From: Paracoccus suum
GTDB lineage: Bacteria > Pseudomonadota > Alphaproteobacteria > Rhodobacterales > Rhodobacteraceae
Direction of reading: 5' to 3'
Assembly: GCF_003324675.1 (NCBI RefSeq)
Contig: NZ_CP030918.1
Location: 1,830,001-1,862,000, forward strand
DNA: 32,000 bases
Below the pieces are notes generated by a model. The model ran no database searches. It was not told where the DNA came from and saw only the letters and a program-made list of their open reading frames with translations. Shown piece by piece: positions 25,184 to 32,000 of this stretch (positions within the stretch are counted from its first letter, which is position 1; every line of letters begins with the position of its first letter). The translations under genes were made by a program, and so were the position numbers.

Positions 25184-26458
25184 ATGGTGCGCATATTTCT
25201 GTTGTTGCTCTGCTGTGTGTGGGGCACGGCGATCGCCGCACAGGAAGCCGCGCCGGGGGACGTGGCACCCACCATCCGGCCAGCAGAGGTCCCCCCGGCC
25301 GCCTTTACCGGGCGGCAATATGTCGACAGCGCCGGCTGCGTATTTGTCCGCAACGGCCGCCAATGGCAGCCACGGCTAGATGGCACCGGGGCCGTAATAT
25401 GCGGCTATCCCCCGACCCCGGGGAGTTGGTCCGACGCGCGACCTTTTCCGGTGGAAAAGGGGGAGAACGGCGTCACTGCCATGCCGGGAATGGAGAAGGT
25501 CGAAGCGCGCCTGCTCACCGCGCTCGCGAGCGAGATGCGTCCGGGCGAATTTGTATCGGTGCGAGCTGCGGCACTGCAGGCCGGGGAGCGGAGTCCCGAC
25601 CGTCCTGTGCCTGTCCCGGACGCGGCGGCAAGATCGGGCATGGTTGATCCCGCAACGGCGACATCGGCCACAGCGGATGAAGGTCTTTCGCTCCCGTCGT
25701 CACCCGAGACCGAGGGCATCGGCGCAAGTCAGAATGATGGGTTGCCAATGGCGGCTGCGGATGGACCTGCCTCGGTCGAAGCCAACGGTCCCGATGACCA
25801 AACCCTTGGCCGACAAATCTCTGTTAGCGTAAACGTCCAGCCGCTCATCGCGAGCGCCAGTGCCGCGAGCCTGCATCCCGACCAGCGGCTGTGCAGGCTG
25901 CTCGGCCTGTCCGCCGCGTCATCAAGCAGACCGGCGAAACTGAAGGAGGATCCGACCGGAGGATACTGCGCGGGCGGTCTGTTGGAGCCGCGGGGCTTTC
26001 GCTACCGCAGCGGTCGGCTCGCCGACGCTGTTCCAAGGGCGGCTGCGGCTGCGGGCGCTTCGGATCGCTTTGATAAGGCCACAGATGCGAAGGGCGCCCG
26101 TTCCGACGTCCTGCGCCGAGGTAACCCGAAGTCGCTGAAGAATGCCCGGGCACCTTCAGTAGGAAAATCTGGCGTCATGGGACCGACCGGAGGCGCCGCC
26201 AGAAAAGACAAAGCATCCCGAACTGCAGCGATGATCCCCGCCGGTGCACGATGGCTGCAGATCGGGGTTTACGCGGATGCCGACTCGGTCAACGCTGGCT
26301 TGAGCCGGCTGGCTGCGGCCGGTTTCCCTGCGGCGAGAGGGACCGCAGCGCGGGGCCGCGATGCGATACTTGCCGGGCCCTACCCGACGCGGGAGGGCAT
26401 CGTCAGCGCCTATGATCGCCTCACCCGCGCCGGGTTCGCGGCTTTGATCCCAAGGTAA
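25184..26458 (+). CDS. SPOR domain-containing protein (secreted, long disordered linker)
   Basis: The signal-like N-terminus is MVRIFLLLLCCVWGTAIAAQEA. The C-terminal roughly 75 aa, RWLQIGVYADADSVNAGLSRLAAAGFPAA...LAGPYPTREGIVSAYDRLTRAGF, resemble a SPOR peptidoglycan-binding fold. Confidence 0.7.
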   Translation: MVRIFLLLLCCVWGTAIAAQEAAPGDVAPTIRPAEVPPAAFTGRQYVDSAGCVFVRNGRQWQPRLDGTGAVICGYPPTPGSWSDARPFPVEKGENGVTAMPGMEKVEARLLTALASEMRPGEFVSVRAAALQAGERSPDRPVPVPDAAARSGMVDPATATSATADEGLSLPSSPETEGIGASQNDGLPMAAADGPASVEANGPDDQTLGRQISVSVNVQPLIASASAASLHPDQRLCRLLGLSAASSSRPAKLKEDPTGGYCAGGLLEPRGFRYRSGRLADAVPRAAAAAGASDRFDKATDAKGARSDVLRRGNPKSLKNARAPSVGKSGVMGPTGGAARKDKASRTAAMIPAGARWLQIGVYADADSVNAGLSRLAAAGFPAARGTAARGRDAILAGPYPTREGIVSAYDRLTRAGFAALIPR

Positions 26459-26594
26459 AGAGCGTTGCCACGCGAACCCTGAGGCCAAGCCTCGCGGACC
26501 TGCGGCAGGGGCCGTCGGCCCTGCGATGGCAGACGCGATCCAATGCATCGGCTGCGAAGAGGGATTATTCAGAGACAGGCAGAGATGCCCGCGC

Positions 26595-27620
26595 CTACTC
26601 GTCGCAAATTCCCCGCAAGGTCTGCCATTCGTCCTTGGTCAGTGGCGGCTGGTCGGGCAAGCGGGTGCGGTATGGATCAGCCTCGATCAGGACCAGCGTC
26701 GACTCCCCGCTGGGGTCGACGTCGCGGGCGTATGGCTCGCTGGGTACGCCCGCGCGGGTGAACGCGGCGAGGAGGGGGTCGTCACTCGCGCGGGGCTCGG
26801 GCGCAGTCAGCAACGACTGGCCGTAACCATCAAGGGCGCCGGGCGGCAGCCCGCCCCGGGTCAGCAGCTGAAGCACCGCTCGGGAGCCCGCGTGCTGTAG
26901 GGCCCCCCGCAGGGGATCGACCTCGGAAGCATAGGCATCGGCCGCGATCACATGGCCAAGGGCGGCCTCGGCCGGGACCTCGCCCGCGTCCAGAAGGTTT
27001 GGCCCCATGACCGTGATCCGGCCGGGCAGGGTGCGCGCGCCCTTCAGGCCCGCGGGCAACACCTCGATCCGGCCGCCTTGACCCAGCAGGCGTGGGCCGA
27101 GGCGGGCGAGGACCTGGGCGGGCGCTGGACGCCCGCAGGCCGGTCCCGTCACCCGCGTCATATCATCAAGGATGCTGTTGCCGATTGCCAGTCGCTGCGC
27201 CGGCGGGGCGATGCGGATGGCATAATCCAGCATGGCCCCCGGCAGCCACCAGGCGGCGACGGCGAAGAGTGCGACGGCAATCGCCGCCATGCCGCCGCTG
27301 CGCAACCGGCCCGGGTGCGGGCGCGCCTGGGCGATCGCGTGATGAATCTTGTCGATGGCGCCGATCATCAGCGGATCAGCAACCTCCAACTCCTCATCGC
27401 CGGTCGCGCCCGCGGGCGCGTAAAGTGCTGGCAGGCGGCCGGGGTTAAGGCGCATCACTGCGGGCAGTGACCAATGCGACAGGGGCACCTCGGAGCGTGG
27501 ATCGCTGAGGACCAACGTCGCATCGCCAAAACTGACGATCACCTCGCGCCGTTGCGCGGACGGGCCGGGACGCCAGGTCCCCGCCGCCTCAAGCCGCTGA
27601 TACTGCGCAAGCGCCGTCAT
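26595..27620 (-). CDS. hypothetical single-pass membrane protein (unknown function), co-directional with and downstream of rpoH
   Basis: 341 aa with the ATG at 27620 confirmed. One predicted TM segment (MAAIAVALFAVAAWWLPGAML) follows a soluble N-terminal region of about 105 aa. I recognise no motif. Confidence 0.6.
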   Translation of the reverse strand: MTALAQYQRLEAAGTWRPGPSAQRREVIVSFGDATLVLSDPRSEVPLSHWSLPAVMRLNPGRLPALYAPAGATGDEELEVADPLMIGAIDKIHHAIAQARPHPGRLRSGGMAAIAVALFAVAAWWLPGAMLDYAIRIAPPAQRLAIGNSILDDMTRVTGPACGRPAPAQVLARLGPRLLGQGGRIEVLPAGLKGARTLPGRITVMGPNLLDAGEVPAEAALGHVIAADAYASEVDPLRGALQHAGSRAVLQLLTRGGLPPGALDGYGQSLLTAPEPRASDDPLLAAFTRAGVPSEPYARDVDPSGESTLVLIEADPYRTRLPDQPPLTKDEWQTLRGICDE

Positions 27621-27676
27621 GAAGCTGCCGCCATTCCCCGCCGCAAGGCGTCACCCGTCGTCGCAAGGCAACCTAA

Positions 27677-27689
27677 GCCCCCGAGGGGC
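27677..27689 (-). terminator. short GC hairpin after the rpoH stop (weak terminator candidate)
   Basis: In the rpoH-sense RNA the sequence reads UGAUCCCCC-GCCCC-UCG-GGGGC-UUAGGUU. This is a 5-bp stem with a 3-nt loop and only a poor U tract. Confidence 0.25.
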
Positions 27690-27695
27690 GGGGGA

Positions 27696-28601
27696 TCAAT
27701 CGCGCTCGGGCACGGCCATGCCGCGATCGCGAGCCAGTGCGCGCATCCGCGTCTGCAGCTTTTCAAAGGCGCGCACCTCGATCTGGCGGATGCGCTCGCG
27801 GCTGACGCCATAGCGGCCCGAGAGTTCCTCCAGCGTCAGGGGGTTGTCCCGCAGCCGCCGCTCGACCAGGACGTCACGCTCACGCTCGTTCAGATCGACC
27901 ATTGCCGAAGCCATCAGGCTGCGGCGCGCGTCGAGTTCGTCCGCCTCTGCGAAGGCCTCGGCCTGGTTCGCGTCTTCGTCTTCCAGCCAGTCCTGCCATT
28001 GCGCGGTACTGTCACCGTCGCTGGCCCCGACCTGCGCGTTCAGCGAGGCGTCAGAGCCGGCGAGGCGGCGGTTCATGTCAATGACCTCGCGCTCGGTCAC
28101 ATTCAACTCGGTCGCGATACGGGCCAGGTTCTCGGGCCGCAGGTCACCCTCTTCCAGCGCACCGATCTTGGATTTCGCCTTGCGCAGGTTGAAGAACAGC
28201 TTTTTCTGGGCCGAGGTCGTCCCCATCTTCACCAGGCTCCACGAGCGCAGGATGTATTCCTGGATCGACGCGCGGATCCACCACATCGCGTAGGTCGCGA
28301 GGCGAAAGCCGCGCTCTGGATCGAAGCGCTTGACGGCCTGCATCAGGCCGACGTTCGCCTCGCTGATGACCTCGGCCTGCGGCAGGCCGTAGCCGCGATA
28401 ACCCATGGCAATCTTCGCCGCGAGGCGCAGGTGCGAGGTGACCAGCTTGTGGGCGGCGGCGCTGTCCTCGTGATCGACCCATGCCTTGGCCAGCATGTAT
28501 TCCTCCTCCGGTTCGAGGAGGGGGAACTTGCGAATCTCCTGCATGTAGCGGTTGAGCCCCTGTTCGGGGCTGGGCGCGGGAAGGTTGGTATAGCTGGCCA
28601 T
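27696..28601 (-). CDS. rpoH: RNA polymerase sigma-32 (heat-shock sigma factor RpoH)
   Basis: YMQEIRKFPLLEPEEEY, ATYAMWWIRASIQEY and the RpoH box TSAQKKLFFNLRKAK. I trimmed the start to the ATG at 28601 (MASYTNL), preceded by AAAGGA. Confidence 0.93.
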   Translation of the reverse strand: MASYTNLPAPSPEQGLNRYMQEIRKFPLLEPEEEYMLAKAWVDHEDSAAAHKLVTSHLRLAAKIAMGYRGYGLPQAEVISEANVGLMQAVKRFDPERGFRLATYAMWWIRASIQEYILRSWSLVKMGTTSAQKKLFFNLRKAKSKIGALEEGDLRPENLARIATELNVTEREVIDMNRRLAGSDASLNAQVGASDGDSTAQWQDWLEDEDANQAEAFAEADELDARRSLMASAMVDLNERERDVLVERRLRDNPLTLEELSGRYGVSRERIRQIEVRAFEKLQTRMRALARDRGMAVPERD

Positions 28602-28670
28602 GGTATCCTTTCGCCGCGTGAGAGGCGGCACGGGGCGTGCTGCCAACGCAGGATCGCCGGTGTGGGTTCC

Positions 28671-29693
28671 CTAGGCGTCGGCGCGTTGCAGGGCAGCCAG
28701 CAGCCCGGCCATGTCGGACGGTAGCGGGCTGTCGAATCGCAATGTCTCACTGCTCAGCGGGTGGACAAAGCCCAGATGGGCGGCGTGCAGCGCCTGCCGG
28801 GGAAACGCTGCAGCAAGCTCGGCCGCCGGGCCGAGGGCGCGGGTCGAGGCGCGTCGCGCGCCGCCGTAGACTGGATCACCGATCAGCGACAGGCCGCAAT
28901 AGGCCAGGTGCACGCGGATCTGATGGGTGCGCCCGGTCTCCAGCTGGCACTCGACCAGCATCGCGGCTGGCGGGGTGCCAAACGACTCGATCATGCGCGC
29001 GCGGGTGACCGCATGCCGGCCGCGCGCAACCACGGCCTGGCGTTGGCGGTCACCCGGGTGGCGGCCCAGGTGATTCGCGACCTTCAAGACGCCCCCCGGC
29101 TCGAAGCTCGTGCCCTTCAGGCCGCGCAGCCGCGCGTCCGCAGGGTCGATCACGCCATTCGCGAGGGCCAGATAGCGCCGCTCTGCCGTGTGCGCGGCGA
29201 ATTGCGCCGCCAGCGTCTGGTGGGCGTGGTCGGTCTTGGCCACCACCAGCAGGCCGGACGTGTCCTTGTCGATCCGGTGGACGATCCCAGGACGGGCGAC
29301 ACCGCCGACGCCCGACAACTCGCCCTCGCAATGCGCCAGCAGCGCGTTGACCAGCGTGCCGGCGGGGCTGCCGGGGGCAGGATGCACGACCATGCCGGCG
29401 GGCTTGTCGATGACAATCAGCGCCTCGTCCTCGTAGGCGATGGCCAGCTGGATATCCTCGGCCACCGTGTCGACCGGGGCCGGCGGCGGCAGTGCGACAT
29501 GGTAGTCTCCGGGCTGGGCCGTGCCCTTGCCGTCGCGCACGATGCCGGCCGGCCCGGTGATCGCGCCCTCTGCCATCAGCCGGGCGATGCGGGTGCGCGA
29601 CAGGCCCTCGCCCTCTGGCGCGAGGGAGGCGAGCGTCTTATCAAGCCGCTCGGGCGGCAGGTCGGTCGGAACGGTGACAATGAGGTGGGCCAT
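28671..29693 (-). CDS. rluD: 23S rRNA pseudouridine synthase, RluA/RluD family
   Basis: An S4-like N-terminus (ERLDKTLASL...SRTRIARLM), then VVHPAPG and HRIDKDTSGLLVVAKT (catalytic Asp), then HQIRVHL. Confidence 0.88.
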   Translation of the reverse strand: MAHLIVTVPTDLPPERLDKTLASLAPEGEGLSRTRIARLMAEGAITGPAGIVRDGKGTAQPGDYHVALPPPAPVDTVAEDIQLAIAYEDEALIVIDKPAGMVVHPAPGSPAGTLVNALLAHCEGELSGVGGVARPGIVHRIDKDTSGLLVVAKTDHAHQTLAAQFAAHTAERRYLALANGVIDPADARLRGLKGTSFEPGGVLKVANHLGRHPGDRQRQAVVARGRHAVTRARMIESFGTPPAAMLVECQLETGRTHQIRVHLAYCGLSLIGDPVYGGARRASTRALGPAAELAAAFPRQALHAAHLGFVHPLSSETLRFDSPLPSDMAGLLAALQRADA

Positions 29694-30000
29694 GGGCGAT
29701 GATCTAGCAGACCCGCCTGCCCCGCCGGAAGCCTTGCCGCATCTGCGTTATCTCAAGGCTCTGGTGTCCGGGCTCGCGGTGGTGATGGGGTTGGGTATTC
29801 TGGCAATTGTGGCGCTGCTGTGGCTGCGGCTGGGGGCGACCGGGCCGGTTCTGCCGCCGCAACTGGCCCTGCCGAGCGGCGAGGTGGCGGAGGCCGTGAC
29901 CCAGACGGCAACGCGGGTGATCGTCGTGACAAGGGCAGGGCGCGTGCTGGTCTATGACCCGGCCGGCGCCCTGCAGCAGGAAATCAAGCTGACCGAATAG
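29692..30000 (+). CDS. small single-pass membrane protein (hypothetical)
   Basis: The ATG at 29692 is preceded by GAGGTGGG (29682-89). The 102-aa product has a TM segment LKALVSGLAVVMGLGILAIVALLWL. Earlier in-frame starts in ORF 29521..30000 fall deep inside rluD. Confidence 0.5.
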   Translation: MGDDLADPPAPPEALPHLRYLKALVSGLAVVMGLGILAIVALLWLRLGATGPVLPPQLALPSGEVAEAVTQTATRVIVVTRAGRVLVYDPAGALQQEIKLTE

Positions 30001-30003
30001 GGT

Positions 30004-30342
30004 TCAAAGGCGCTCGGCCGGGTCGGGCTTTCCGTCCAGGCTCGAGGTCTGACCCGGCCGCGGCTCTGCCGGTGTCGCAGAATCCGCCCTCACGGCCGGG
30101 GCGCCCTGCGGGTCGAGCCGGTCCAACCGGGCGCGTAGCTCCGCCGCCTCGGTGCGGGCCTTAATCGCCATCTCGCGCACGGCCTCGAAGTCCTCGCGGG
30201 TAACGAAGTCGCGTTCTGCCAGCCAGCGGTCGATCCAGCCGTTGAAGGCGGTCTCGGCCTCGGACCGGGCGCCCTGGGCGACGCCCATGGCATTGGTCAT
30301 CAGCTTGGACAGATCGTCGAAAATCCGGTTCTGGGTGGTCAT
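30004..30342 (-). CDS. ubiK: UbiK/BMFP family accessory factor
   Basis: The product [58 protein letters not shown]... matches the UbiK (membrane fusogenic protein-like) pattern. AGGAAGGA lies upstream of the ATG at 30342. Confidence 0.75.
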   Translation of the reverse strand: MTTQNRIFDDLSKLMTNAMGVAQGARSEAETAFNGWIDRWLAERDFVTREDFEAVREMAIKARTEAAELRARLDRLDPQGAPAVRADSATPAEPRPGQTSSLDGKPDPAERL

Positions 30343-30488
30343 GGGCGATCCTTCCTGGCGGCGGCTGCCGTGTAGCCCGGGTGGGCCTTCCGGCGATATG
30401 GGCCGCGGCGGGCGGGGTTTCAATCCGGTTGACACGCCCGGCCGGCCCGCGCAGTCCTGCCCCGCCCCCGATCCGGCCGAGGACCGAC

Positions 30489-31376
30489 ATGATCCCGTTT
30501 CCCGACATCAGCCCCGATATCGTGACCATTCCTTTGTTCGGGCGGGAGTTTCCCATCCGATGGTATGCCACGGCCTATCTCGCCGGGCTGGTTGGCGGCT
30601 GGTTGCTGATCGCGCGGCTTATGCGCAGCCCCCGCCCCTGGGGCGACCGCGCCCCGTTCCGCCCCGCGCAGGCCGAGGAGCTGCTGACCTGGATTGTGCT
30701 CGGCGTCGTCCTCGGCGGGCGTATCGGCTTTGTGCTGTTCTACCAGCCTGCATTCTTCCTCGCCCATCCGGCCGAGATCCTGAAGGTCTGGCACGGCGGG
30801 ATGAGCTTTCACGGCGGCTTTCTGGGCGTCGTCATTGCCGCCATCATCTGGGCGCGCCGCAACGGCGTGGAAGCGCTGCGCTTGGCCGATGCGCTTGCCG
30901 TCGTGGTGCCGGTCGGGCTGTTCTTTGGCCGGATCGCGAACTTCATCAATGCCGAGCTTTGGGGCCGCCCGACGGATGTTCCCTGGGGCGTGATCTTTCC
31001 CGGCGAGGCGGCACAGAACTGCCCCGGCATCGCCGCCGGCCTTTGCGCACGCCATCCCAGCCAGCTTTACGAGGCCGGGTTGGAGGGACTGGTCCTCGGG
31101 CTTGTGATGTGGGCGCTGATGGCGCGGGGCGGCTTGCGCCGGCCCGGGTTGGCACTGGGCGTGTTCTTGGCCGGCTATGGCGCGGCGCGCACCTTTGTCG
31201 AGGCATTCCGCCAGGCCGATGCGCAGTTCATCACCCCCGACAACCCGCTGGGCCATGTGATCGGCGGCCCGGTCTGGGGGCTGTCGATGGGCCAGCTACT
31301 GTCGCTACCGATGCTGCTGATCGGACTTGCGCTGATCTTGCGGGCGCGTGCCCGCCCGGCCCGCGGCCCGGCCTGA
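30489..31376 (+). CDS. lgt: prolipoprotein diacylglyceryl transferase
   Basis: [37 protein letters not shown] and HPSQLYEA are Lgt motifs. The ATG at 30489 was confirmed. Confidence 0.93.
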   Translation: MIPFPDISPDIVTIPLFGREFPIRWYATAYLAGLVGGWLLIARLMRSPRPWGDRAPFRPAQAEELLTWIVLGVVLGGRIGFVLFYQPAFFLAHPAEILKVWHGGMSFHGGFLGVVIAAIIWARRNGVEALRLADALAVVVPVGLFFGRIANFINAELWGRPTDVPWGVIFPGEAAQNCPGIAAGLCARHPSQLYEAGLEGLVLGLVMWALMARGGLRRPGLALGVFLAGYGAARTFVEAFRQADAQFITPDNPLGHVIGGPVWGLSMGQLLSLPMLLIGLALILRARARPARGPA

Positions 31377-32000
31377 TGCCGACGCCGCTGGGCCGGCTGA
31401 TCGCCGCGCGGATCGCCGTGGACGGGCCGATGCGGCTGGATGATTTCATGCAGACCTGCCTGCTACATCCGCAGCACGGCTATTACGCCACGCGCGACCC
31501 CTTTGGAGCGCGCGGCGATTTCACCACCGCGCCCGAAGTCAGCCAGATGTTCGGCGAGCTTGTAGGTCTCGCCATCGGTCAGGCGTGGCGCGATCAGGGC
31601 GCGCCCGCGGACGCCGTGCTGGCAGAGATCGGGCCGGGTCGTGGCACGCTGATGGCGGACGCGCGTCGGGTGCTTGCCGCGGCGCTGGGATGGCAGCCGC
31701 CGGTGATCCTGATCGAGGCCTCGCCTCATCTGCGCGGCGTCCAGCGGGACCGTCTGGGCGCGGTGACGCATCTGGACGATGTTGCGCAACTGCCTGAAAA
31801 ACCCTTGTTCCTGATCGCGAACGAGTTCTTCGACGCGCTGCCGATCCGGCAATTCCAGAGGGTCGAGACGGCTTGGGCAGAGCGGGTCGTCACCCTCTCG
31901 CCCTCCGGCGACCTGACCCTGGCCCTTGCGCCCCCGGTGACGCTGCCGCGTAGCGCCCCAGTTGGCGAGGTGTTCGAGGATCGCCCAGGCGCGCCCGCGA
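31376..32000 (+). CDS. class I SAM-dependent methyltransferase, DUF185/NDUFAF7 family (3' end cut by window edge)
   Basis: My own translation from the ATG at 31376 (TGATG overlap with the lgt stop) gives [62 protein letters not shown]...EIGPGRGTLM...ANEFFDALP. It is not in the ORF track because no stop falls in the window. Confidence 0.8.
   Translation, partial: MPTPLGRLIAARIAVDGPMRLDDFMQTCLLHPQHGYYATRDPFGARGDFTTAPEVSQMFGELVGLAIGQAWRDQGAPADAVLAEIGPGRGTLMADARRVLAAALGWQPPVILIEASPHLRGVQRDRLGAVTHLDDVAQLPEKPLFLIANEFFDALPIRQFQRVETAWAERVVTLSPSGDLTLALAPPVTLPRSAPVGEVFEDRPGAPA

Noticed and set aside
28640-28660. TTGGCAG...GTGC string upstream of rpoH as a possible sigma-54 (-24/-12) promoter.
   Set aside because: The GG-to-GC spacing does not fit TGGCAC-N5-TTGC, because the GC falls in the wrong register.

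Overview
This is a GC-rich segment (roughly two-thirds G+C by eye) that reads as core housekeeping chromosome of an alphaproteobacterium. Gene content and synteny suggest Rhodobacterales (Paracoccus/Rhodobacter-like), but that is inference only. I can support about 38 tightly packed protein-coding genes, many joined by 1- or 4-nt start/stop overlaps. In order: rpmF-plsX; a DUF59/SufT-like gene plus an A-type Fe-S carrier; tpiA; ung; trpG-trpD; a Pro/Ala-rich secreted ORF coupled to an aminotransferase; a PpiD-like chaperone coupled to trpE; three small ORFs; dnaX-ybaB-recR; a UDG-superfamily gene, an SseB-like gene and sufE; dgt; erpA; maeB; a five-gene nucleoside salvage operon (cdd-deoA-deoB-add-upp); a SPOR protein; rluD-rpoH plus an unknown membrane protein; a small membrane protein; ubiK; lgt; and an NDUFAF7-like methyltransferase. 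I saw no rRNA, tRNA, CRISPR array, transposase/integrase, phage gene or recognisable defence or toxin system, so I do not claim a new system. The ORF track counts GTG/TTG as M and contains many long antisense shadow ORFs typical of high-GC DNA. I re-derived start codons from the sequence where I could. Four items most deserve a second look. (1) Three Shine-Dalgarno-preceded ORFs of 55-57 aa, below the ORF-track cutoff, lie in a lower-GC gap between trpE and dnaX, with a weak general-stress-type promoter match. (2) The cdd operon leader carries four CAAGG/CCTTG elements that can form mutually exclusive hairpins, two of which display an identical GCGCCCGA octamer in their loops. (3) An uncharacterised single-pass membrane protein sits directly behind rpoH. 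(4) Several start-codon and packing oddities occur, including a CATG shared by divergent genes and a likely TTG start for add. All functional readings of these items are hypotheses.
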